Assembly (NCBI GenBank): GCA_048882385.1
Contig: JBHLRQ010000050.1
Coordinates: 1-21,807 of the forward strand
DNA length: 21,807 nucleotides
Source: Candidatus Thorarchaeota archaeon
GTDB lineage: Archaea; Asgardarchaeota; Thorarchaeia; Thorarchaeales; Thorarchaeaceae
Direction: 5' to 3'
The notes under the pieces are model-generated. The model did no database searches. It was not told the origin of the DNA and saw only the letters and a list, made by a program, of their open reading frames with translations. The first letter of the stretch is position 1; every line of letters starts with the position of its first letter. This document shows, in pieces, positions 7,655 through 19,600 of this stretch. The position numbers were made by a program, and so were the translations under genes.

Positions 7655-10600
7655 TTAGGTGTCCTCTCTCTTTTTGAATCTCAGATATCTCTTTGAATGT
7701 GGACTGGCAGCAATGATGAGTTGGAAACAACCTAATCCAACAAGAAGCCACAATTCGAGAGGTGAATGTACGGCTTCTGTCTGGAAGAGAGGTGCAGGAG
7801 GAGGCACAGGTGGAGCTGTAACTTCATGCGCCACGATATACACCATATCGTTTCCATAACATAGCACATCGCGACTGGATGTGCTGTAGAAATGCCCAAC
7901 ACATGGATCAAAATTGCTAGAGAGATCCTCCTTCCAATAGTGCCAAAGAAGCCGGGCAGTAGATCCATCAACTACATTGATGTATTCTTTATTGGTTAGT
8001 ACTAAATCAGACCATCCATCTGCATTCATGTCTTCAATGATGATTCGTGTGTCTTTTCCACCCATTACTAAGGGTGCGTTGTATCTCCAAACCTCAGTTC
8101 CAGAAAAGCTATAGGCAATTGCACCTTCTCTTTCAAGATTGACCACAACTTCATCCACACTGTCATTGTTGTATAGGTCTCCTGCGAAGAACTCTCTGAC
8201 CATACCAGTGGCGAAGTTGAGTGTAATGCTGCCACCCCCAATAAACTCAAACATATGGATGTCAGAACCAGAGTCCATCACTGCGAGGTCTGCAGATCCG
8301 TCTCCATTGAAATCACCTGCTGCAAGACCATAGGTTGATGTGGGTGTCACGGTTGTGAAGAGAGCACCATTTCCGCCATTATATATTCGAGCACTGAATA
8401 TCGAAGCACCCATGGCTATGTCTGCTGTTGTGCCTCCTCTGAAGTTACCGACAGCCATCCGATATGAAGTTGCAGTGGATGTAAAGCCATCTGCTTTTGT
8501 ATCGTAGAGTGCATTACCCACACCATCATACCATTCTATGTATACTTCACTGCCTCCTGACCACTGTCGAATCAAGACTGCAATTTCTTCGTAATCATAA
8601 CCTGCTGCATCACTGAAATCTGCGACTCTAACACCTCTAATTTCATGCGTGTCAAGTGCGCTTATGTGAAGTAGAGCCTGACCATCGACTCCATCAATCA
8701 CATAGAGGTCTCGTAAGCCAGTCCACACGGCCAAATCCTTTGTATTCCAGTCGTTAATGTACCCGATTTGGACATCAGATATCTTGGAATCAAATGTTAT
8801 ATTCCATTCCACCTGCATTGTCAAGCCATCAACGAGTGCAAGACTATACTTTCCATCAGTGTTCCGACCTGCGACAACAATCTCGTCAAGAGAGGTTCCA
8901 AAGATGTCATCCACCCAAACACCATAGACACTATTGACTTCCAATTCCCAATAGACCTCATGATTTTCATATGATGGAGGTACAACAAGTTCCGTTGGTT
9001 CAACACCTGAGACTGTGATGAGTTGCTCATTCTGCATATCCCAGACAACTAGCGTGTCAATCTCTGATCCACTTACGTTTGCTGCAATGACTTCACCAAG
9101 ATCGCCACCTGTGAAATTGAACCATAATGGTATACCATTCTTCCCATCTATGGCAGCTACGATACCCACATCATTGAGGTATACAGATGCCGCAATAAAG
9201 ATGTCAAGTCCTCCTGTCCCTCCTGCATTTCCAAAGTCTACATCCCAAATCATATGATTCACACCAGTGAGATTGTAATGCCACTGAATGTTTGTAGATG
9301 CCATCTCCTCTAGGTATAAGCCCTGGTCTAGAGTCGCACTAAGAATCTCTAAGGAGCTATCTCCATCAAAGTCATAGACATAGAATTCGTGAGTCAATCC
9401 AATGTTTATTGTCGAATTGTAATCGATAGAACTAGTCAATACATCAAGAATGTGTACTTGTCCGAAAGTGACAGAGCTTTGTACCCAAGAATATGCATAG
9501 ATAAGGTCCTCAAACCCATCATGGTTGAAGTCATAGGGGACTAATCCTGCATATGGAGTTGCAGTACTATCCGGACTCTTGTAGTAGATGGATCCATTCA
9601 ATGGATTCATGACGATGAGCGTTTCGTTGTAAGTCACGTATGCTAGTTGTTGTTCTGGGGCATTTGTGAAATTCCCGATTAGCATGGAGAAGATGTACGT
9701 TCCACCAGTCGAGTAACTACTCAGAAGACCGCCAGTGTAGTTGAGAACATGAATATACCCGCTGTCATCAGTGAAGACAATTTCATCATTGATATCGCCA
9801 GTAAGGTCACCCGTTATTACAGAAACCAATGGATTAACTGCATCTATGTAGCTCCAAACTAGGTCTCCTGTGGTGATATCAAAGACATACAGATTCGAGT
9901 CTTTAGATGTACAAATTATCTCAGAAATACCATTCAAATCAAGGTCGCTGAGGATAACATTAGAGAATCCGTCTGTTGCATCATCCGCATTAATCCAGAT
10001 TTGACTTCCATATTCGTCAATTGCTTCGATTATGCCCAAATCATAGGACGCTAGGATAATCTCCTCTCTCTCATCCTGATCCAAATCGTATGCTTGAAGC
10101 AGATCGGGATATAAAAGACCATCAATCAATGGGTTCTGGTCACCACTTGTTGGATAGGACCATAGCTGCTCTGAATACCAAAGACTGATTGGTCCCTCAG
10201 AGGGATCGATATACTCGAAGATATATACATCACCTCGCTTGGATGAAACTCCTATATCTTCCCAGCCATTGCCGTTGGTATCATAGACACTCACACCTGT
10301 GATTGGATTGTCAAATGAGTTAGAAAGCCAAGCCTCCTCATAGCTCATGAATCCTGTTCCGTTGGTAGAATGCTTCATCTCATACACAGCGAATTGGTCT
10401 TCAAAACCAACGACAACTTCCCTTCGTCCATCTGAATCAGTATCTCCTACATCGAGGTCAATAACATCTCGCAGGTGGTTCATTGTCCAGTCAGATTGAG
10501 GATTGATACCATACACAATATCATGAATGCAATACCAAAAACCCTTGTCAGAGATCACTCCAGGTGGAATATAGATCTTGTAGTTGAAGGTGGCTGAATA

Positions 10601-13600
10601 CATGAATCCTGACTCATCAGTTCCGATTACAGTAGGTGAGAAGATGGATAGCTGATAAATGGGGAATGGTGATCCCTCGATATAGTAATAGACATATCCA
10701 CCTGGCATTTCAGTTCTCGAGATATATCTTGGAATAGTGTTGAGTGTTTCTTGAGCGCTCCATTCTCTTCCTCTTGTTATACTTGAAACCATACCAATCC
10801 TGTCTTCTAACTCAACCCCAATTGTTTCATAGGTCACCACAATTGCGACTTCTTCTGATTCTAACTCGTCTATTGAGACAAACATTTCATCATCATAGGA
10901 AGTGGTTGCTTGATGTGGATTTGCTCCTGTGAAGTTAAAATCATGAATGCTCGTGACGACCCAAACATCGTGGTCAGCTTTTCCTGAACGTGTATAGACT
11001 GCTGACATAGCGATGGAGAAATTACCATCATTGAGTTTCACCACGTCAACATCATGAGTCTGGAAGTATGTCATATCATTGAAATTGGGATGATTATTGG
11101 TCCAAGCACCTGATAGATCATTTGCAATAAAAGCTGCTCCAACTCGGCCATAGACGGATCCAAAGAAAATATTGTAAGCATCATACATGAAGACAATACC
11201 AACATGGCTTGAATTGTATTCAAAGAGGCTCGGATAATATCGGTCGTAGAAGGTTGTCCCAATAGGTTGAATTCCATAGGTGTCCGGCCAGAGAATTGGT
11301 CCATGCCAGACACCAGCTGATACATCACCCCAGCACAGAGCAATGTAATGCTGACCCCCTGAATCCCAAACTTCCCAAGAGGCGTAGATATCACCAGTGG
11401 ATGGAATTAGAACGCTGGGCCGCGTTTCTGCCACAATAGTACTCAAATTGGTTGTATAAGCAAGACCAACTTGGTCCATCCACTTAACGCCCCAGGTCCA
11501 ATCATCAGCAGTTTCATTATACCATTGGAACCAAATCTCCTGACCGTTCTCATATAGCATCAGAATGCCTTCCGCCATAGCTCCATATACTCCATGTGCC
11601 ATATCCTTGATCGAACGTTCAGTAGTTATAGCATTCGGGAAGTCACCAGTATCGTATGCTGTGGATCGTAGTGGAACAATAGGGTAGTTGGGTGATGCAG
11701 TGACATATTCCACTTTCTGATACTGTGAGTCGCTGCCTGGTATCCACTCCCATAAGTCAAAGCCATTAGTGTGACCGATGACAATCTCCTGAGATCCATC
11801 CATGTCTTGATCATCAAGCGCCAAAGCACTGACTGGATTCCAATATGTTACCTCACTAGGAGCTTCCCAGACCTTGTAGAACGTGCCACCTTGACACTCA
11901 TAGATTTGTACAAAACCATTCTGACGAATCAATCGAGTATCTTCTACGCCACCAATTAGCACTTCTTTGTAACCATCTTGATCAGTATCACAGAGGGTCA
12001 TTGCATTGATGTAGTAGTATCTGAACTCTGAGAACTCAGGATTACCAACAAGATAGTATCTTCCCTCCAATGATGGAGATGTTACAAAGAACTCCTTGTC
12101 CTCAAAGCCATCAAAATCACCGACAGGGATGTTGTAGATGAAGAGATACGGTCCTGCTGCGACTGCAAGTTCGAGTTCTCCATTGTAGTCAAGATCATCA
12201 CCTGCAGCCATCGCAGTAATCTCTGTTACTAGATTGACGAATGCATACCTGTCGGCCCAGACTGAATCCCTCAGGTCGATTGAATACTGATAGGTAAGTA
12301 GGTCTCCTCCGTATAGACCAGCATCCTCAAAGATGTAGATCTGAAGATCTGATGCAACGACAAGCTCCTTTAATCCATCCCGATCAAGGTCGACATCAGC
12401 GACGAGATGCTTTGCATGATCCCAGATTCTTCTATTGAAGTCTCCAGAAATACCCTCTAGATCCTCGTAGAGGTATGGAGAAACATCTGTCACCGTTGTG
12501 TGATTGAGATCGAATGAACGGAACATACGTTTGTAATTGTTCATTGTTAGATGCTCAAACACGTATACATTATTGTCATAGTCACCCACAATTAGTTCTC
12601 CCTTCCCATCACCATCTATGTCTCCGGTATCAATAGAAAGAGTCCATTCCTCAAGATCATCATCATTGCTCCATGATTCATGAACATGGAATCCAATGTT
12701 ATTGTAGAGTTCCCATCCGTCTGCGGCACTACTCATTAGACTGAAGTCTAATTGAGCTACTCTTGGATAACTTGCAACAATGTAACTCTCAGTCGTATCG
12801 AACTCTGGAGCTGCCCAACCCATTCTCTGATTCCATTCTCGATATCCAGCTATTGTCCAATTGAAATCCATATCCCATCCCCAGTACTCGTACCATCTCT
12901 CAAGTGTATAGCCGCTCAGATACCCTCCGAGCTTTGGTACAATTCGAATGTCGGTGAAGTTTTGGTACTTCATATTGGTTTCAGGAAGTGGATTAGACAT
13001 TATCTTCTTGTCTTCAACCCAGACTGGATCCTCAGCAGTTCCTTCATTGATCCAGCAAGTCGCACCCATCTTGTTTGCATAGCTTAGTATTATGTCAAGA
13101 TCTCCATCTGAGTCAATATCCACCAACTCAGGTTGGCCCCATATTTTACTGGTTTCCTTTGCATTAATCTCATTGAAGTAACCTCGGACATAGGTGAAGT
13201 TCAAAGCCCCACTTTCATACCACATGTTTCGTGCCATGTGGACATATCCATTTGACACAACAAAATCGAGATCTCCATCACCGTCGAAGTCAGCAAAGTC
13301 CAGTTTAGGTTCAACCTTTGCCAGGTTGATGAGTTCTGTAAGCTCACCAGTGGTATCTATTTCAACCAGGTTTATCCTGTGATTGAATGGCTGTGTATCT
13401 GAATCTCTATAGTAGAAAACAACTGTGGCTCTTGAAGGTGCATCTTCTTCTACAGTAAGTGGAATGCTCTCAATTGGGATTGAAGGGTTGAAGAGACCCA
13501 ATGCAATGAAGGGCCAGACACTATACTCGTTGACAACATCATAACCATCCACGAAGAGGGGTGCTTCAACAGAAACATTCAGCCAACCTTCTATTGGTAT

Positions 13601-16600
13601 TTCGACATTGATATTATTGAAGTAGGCTTGAGTGGTCAAATCAAGTTCTGGCGGACTGGCGATAGGTACAACATCAGGAACTGAGAAAGCTCGTATCTGC
13701 CCCTCATTCGTCCCCATCAAGTAGTTGAACGTAGAGCTCCCAAATAACCATGGGTTCAGGGTAGCATAACTCCATGAGTTATAGGTCGTTGCTACATCTG
13801 GAGTCCAAGGCATTCCATACTGCCAGTTCCATGTTGGCACATCTGGTTCATTTCCAACATAGACCATGTCCCAGATGTTAGCTCCAAATGTGTAGAATGA
13901 ATCATCTCCAGAGTCGTATATCACATCATATTCGGATGTTGTGGAATTATACATTATAGCATTGATTTCTCCAGTCACGCTTCCTACGATGATCTTGATT
14001 GGTTCATCTAAACCCTGAAGATAACTCATACCATCCAATCTTAAAGGTCCAATAGTTATGCTCAATGCATCAGTTAATGTGTTGTAAACTTGTTCGAGTT
14101 CAATTCCATTGACCTGGTAGAATCCTGAGTTATTCACCATTATTTTGGCATATCGGAACCAATCCCATCTCCTCTGAGAGAGAGAGGTGTCAACATCAAC
14201 ACCCACTACATCAACTCCAGGATTAAATCTGTCAGATGGAATGAGCTCCCAGTCTGTGCCATCTTGGGATATGTAAAACCAGAAGTCAGAACTAAGGTGA
14301 CTCAAATCGGTACCCGCCTTGAAATAGATGGAAAGATCGTCGTTACTATTGGCTCCACCAGTTCCTTCTTCATCAAGACCAAAGTCTAGGATAGCTGTGG
14401 CATTATCAACACCAACAAGAAATGCATTGAAATTGGAGAAATTCCCATCGAGAACGCCTCCATGATGGACTGGTCCTGCCATCCCGGAGTTGAACGGGTA
14501 CACGGAAGCATCTGGTTCAAAAATGGAGAGGCCTTCATTCCATACATACTGTATTGGTTCATTCTCTATGATTGTGATATTGACGGGGTCGTGGTAGGTT
14601 ACATTATGAGCATATATCACCCTGTCTACGTAATTATCGAGACCCCAGAATCCAAAGGTTTCCCATGGCTTGAATTCCCGATACACTTTTTGATAGTCAT
14701 AGGTCTTTGTCCCTGCGTTCCACTCTAGTGTGAAGACTCCTTGCCCTTGAGCCACCAATACTATTTCATCACCTGGTGTGTTGTCAAGCTCACCGACAGC
14801 CATTGATTGAATTGGAGTCCATGTGTAGTTCTCAGATGTCCAGTTGAGATAGTAGTGGTTATCATAGATCAATGGGAATGGCTGACCGTTTATCATGATG
14901 GATAAACCATCATTCTCGAAGACATATACGGTTCCATCTCTTGAACCACAAATGATCTCTGGAAGACCATTGTAGTTTGTGTCACCAGTTTCCAGGCTGT
15001 AGATCTTTTCTCCCACGTCGAGGGTTGCCACTTCGTCATAGGTGATCCAATGCTCCTCTACGAATGGATATCCTGAGTGCTTGTCATACTCGAAGAGGTG
15101 TAGCTTTCCATCCCATCCACCAGCTATGATGTCTGGCCGATAGTCTCGATCTACATCATCAACCTTCAATGAGAATACTCTGAACATGTCTGGTGAAGTC
15201 CATACGTGATCAAATTGATTCTCCATGTTTGCATATGGGTCATAGAGATGACGCTGCTCAAACACGTAAACGAAACCATCAGAACATCCAGCAACGATCT
15301 CGATGAGGTTGTTGAGGTCTGTGTCTCCAAAATCGAGTGCCATAACATCACTTTGGAACACACTATCTCCTGTGTCCCAGACCTTGTCCCATAGTTTTGT
15401 TTGGGTGTTCAGTCTAAACACATGAATCTGATTGTCATACAAGTAACCTCCACCAAGTGCAAGAAAGCCCGTATCCTCGTCATATGCAATGGCATGTATT
15501 GCAGCCTTTGAACGCCATGGTTCGTAATTCATTGCATAATCGTTTGCTCTATCACCGAGGACCTGACCAATGTCCTGATCTGATGGCATATTATGAACTG
15601 TAGGGTTGAACATCTCAGCAATTTTGCTCTGGAGATCAGGCGAGAGATCCTCCCAACCTGCAGGGTACTGGTCAAAGGCAGAGTCCTCATCTGTTCCATT
15701 CATGGGTGCACTTGGTACATATCCGAATGAGCCAACCAACAGCATTCCCAAGAATGTCAGCCCAATGAACATCACAGCAAGACTACTTCCACCCTTTTTG
15801 CTCTTCTTCTTCTTGGAAGTCTTATCCTTCGGTTCCTTCTTAGTTGAGCTACTCTTCTTCTTAGTACTCTCCTTAGTTTCTTCTTCGGGAATGTCCTCGG
15901 TAAGTGCGGCTAGTTCAGGAGGTTTCTCTCCAGGTTCCTCACCACGCCGCTTCTTTCTATACTTCAGAATCATCGGCACTCCGTAGAGCAGGAACAATAT
16001 TGCAAATACTCCGACCCCCATTCCAATAGCCAGATAGACAAGCGGACTAATTGGCTCAGGATAGGTTGGAGTTGCGCCTACGGTGAAGGTTCTAATAGCC
16101 ATATATTCTTCATCAAAATAGTCTACAGCGAATACTTGGAGTTCATAGGTGCCAACATTCCAATACATGTCTGTATAAGTCCAAGTCATTGTTGCTGGAT
16201 TGTAGCTCATCGTAAAGTTATCGCTCCAACCAGAACTCGTGTTATACCTGAACTCCATGCTCACGAATGGCGTGAAATTAAGCACATTTACATCAACAGT
16301 CTGAGCATTGGTGACAAGTGCCTGAGGCATTAGAATATCCATTGATGCCTCGCTACGCGAGATGGTTATGGCTTGCTCATAATCTGTTTCACTAGTGAAT
16401 GCCAATGGATCAGTTCCAATCGCAATCTCCAGACCATCCGGATAGCCGTCCCCATCTGAATCCACTGATGCAGGATCAGTACCATAGACATAATATTCGG
16501 TACCATCAGAAACACCATCGCCATCTGAGTCCTGATCGAATATCCCTCCACCCAACCTGTAGAGTTTCAATTCAAACTCGATACCATCTGGAAGACCGTC

Positions 16601-19600
16601 AAAGTCCGTATCAAATTCCAACGTGTCTGGAATGCTATCTCCATCTGAGTCATCATTCAATGGGTCCGTATGGTAGAAATTAACTTCTGCTCCATCAGGT
16701 AACCAGTCGTCATCACAATCTGGATCTGTGGCTAACGTTGTGTAAATAGCCTGTGAAGGCACATATCGTAATATTGGGGACTCGTCAGCTATAATAAATG
16801 GCGTTGACTCTGCAAGTGCGTACATCTCTGCAGGTTCCATTCCTAGCGACCAGTTACTTGGTGGCCACGGACCATATGGCCAAACCTCAACTAAGGTCTC
16901 TTCGAAATCATAGAGTTCATCGCCGTCTGTGTCATTGTACAATGCTGAAGTGTTGTATACCCAGGTTTCCCACCAATCCGTGATTGTATCATTATCAGTG
17001 TCATTGTTTGCAGGATTTGTATTGAATATCATCACTTCTTGGTAGTCAATTAGAAGGTCATCATCAGAATCTCGATCAACCGGTGATGTATTGTACCTGA
17101 AGACAAGCGTCATTGCTCTGTATGGATAAATCAGTCCTGATACATTCTCAATTGCCATCTCAGCTCCATCAGGAATGAAATCATGATCAGTATCTTTGTT
17201 TGTGGGATCGAGTGGAATGGGATCAAGCCAAGGCACTATCCCAGACGCGAGATATAGCTCCATAGCATCAGAGAGCCCATCCTCATCTGTGTCTGATTCA
17301 GTGACGTTTGTGTATACCCACTCTTGATACAGGAATCCCGATTCATTCATTTTGTATATGTAGAATCCATTAACCTCTTGATAGTCATTCAGTGGGAATG
17401 TCATCTCACCAAGCTCGTTTGGCTCAGTTATTGAATCACCATCTGTATCCCACGATAGTGGGTCACAGTCGTAGAGTTCGATTTCCTCACCATCAGACAG
17501 TAGATCATCGTCCGTGTCATAATCAAACGGATCAGTGTAATAGACGAAGATTTCTTCGTAGTCTGTGAGTCCATCATTATCCGAATCCTCGTCCATAGGA
17601 TCTGAACCATAGACCAACACCTCATCCCCGTCGTATATCATATCCGCATCGCTATCATCGGTCATGGGATTAGTGTGCCAGAAGTAGACCTCTTCTCCGT
17701 CACCTAGACCGTCGAAATCAGAGTCCCAGACATTTGGATTGGTGAAGAAGGTGTAAAACTCATCACCGTCAGAAATCATATCACCATCAGTGTCTTGCTC
17801 CCGTGGATCAGAGCCGAGAAGAATCTCTTGGAGGTCAAATAACCCGTCATCATCAGTGTCAGGGTCATTTGGATTGGTATGGTTGCTATACGGGTTCAAT
17901 ACACCTTCCAAGCCATCTAGAATTCCATCATCGTCAGAATCACCATCAGTGGGATCAGTAGGCGGAGTTTGAGCAAGCTCATACCCATCACTGTTGAGCC
18001 ACATTCCTGGCTGAGGTGTACGGTCAGTGACGCCTGTATCTCCATCTGTGTCCGGGTTACACGGATTCGTAAACACATGTTTGTTCTCAGGTTCGCCTTC
18101 TTCATCATAGACTATGATTGTGAACCCAGCAACCTCTGCACCATCATTCATGTCCTTAAGGAACAGGTATGCCTGAGAATCAACAACACCATTGTAAAGC
18201 TGCAATGCAGAGTCATCATCTGTATCAGCATCTAATGGATGAGTGAAGCCACCGTTGAAGATGAGCGGGTCCGGGTCCATTGCCCATCCAGTTTCAGTGC
18301 TGGTATCTTCAGTGTCGTTATAGAGTGAAGGGTCTCCGTAGTAAGCACCCATAGGACCTTCATCCCCATCTAGAAGCCCATCACCGTCCGTGTCAGGATT
18401 TAGAGGATCAGTGCGGTCATTGTATGACTCGCCTCCGATGATGATTTCTGTGACAGTTGGAGTCACATTTGAGATGTCGAGTTTGGTGTAGATTTCATAT
18501 GCATCAGTGAGACCATCGCCATCACTATCCTGTTCGAGTGGATTGGTCCCATAGACCTCCACTTCCTTGTAATCATCAACATCATCCCAGTCAGTGTCTT
18601 CGCGCATTGGATTGGTTCCTAGGTCCCACTCCCGACCATCAAGTAGACCATCTCCATCGCTATCAGGATTGGAAGGGTCCGTCTTCATGGTTTGGAACTC
18701 GAGTTTGTCGTTTGCTCCATCGTCGTCTGTATCAGCCTTGTTCTTATCCAATCCCGGCGTCGCGTCCTCAAACGGGTCTCCGAGACCATCCCCATCCGTG
18801 TCGAATCCTACACCCGACTCATTGTATTCTGCTTCACCCTTATTTGGTGAAAGGTCCCAAGGGCCACCAGGTTCCCAAGTGAATTTGGCTGAATCGCTGA
18901 ACATCAAGAATCGGAACTTCACCTTGATTGTGAATATCAGCCGTAACGTTATCTTCATTGGCGCTGGGTCCGCAAAGTCTTGGAAGAACGTCAGTATGAT
19001 TTCCAGCGTCCCATCTATGGTTATGGCCACGATAATGAGCTCTATGGGTATATGCACTGCTACACCGAATATGATGGTGAGCGTCATACTAGATACTTCT
19101 GGTGCCACTGCAGTGGCTGCTTTCTTGACTATGTCAATTGCTATCTCAAAGTACACTTCGACAGTAATCATATCTAGACCTAGGAATTCTGCCACCGCAT
19201 TCAGTGCGCCGCCACCCACTCCAGCGGTCAGGAAATCAAGAAGCGTGAACACTTTTCCGATGTGGATCTTAATGTGAAGGCTCCACTCCACAATCTTGAA
19301 GAAATTGTCCCACTCGAACATTCCACCTCTGAAGGTGAAAAGATTCACTACGAATCTGGCTGAACCTTCGAAGGATAGTTTGAGACCGAGGGAAGTGAGC
19401 ATTGTCTTCATGAGGGCGTTCTTCTCAGTGTCGAAACCTCCGATGCCTAGCTCAGCATAGAACTGTGGGGATATCTCGAAAAAGCTCAGGATAGTCTTGA
19501 AGAAGTCTCCAATGTTCTCAGTGGAGAATACTTCGCGAGCATCGAAAATCATACTCACAATCATGTCGAATATGGGGTTCAGATCAATCGCGAAATTGGC

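Noticed and set aside
7658-7700. Tail RYLRFKKR as an integrin-alpha GFFKR motif
   Set aside because: The GFF core is missing. The positive-inside rule explains the basic residues, so there is no support for true integrin orthology.
7569-7751. 60-aa minus-strand ORF overlapping the end of the giant gene
   Set aside because: It overlaps the giant CDS out of frame by ~100 bp and has no convincing start signal or recognisable motif.
16400-18802. Repetitive DNA (catc/gtc-rich) as a CRISPR array or tandem repeat
   Set aside because: Repeats are conserved only at the protein level with synonymous divergence, and there is no identical repeat-spacer structure.
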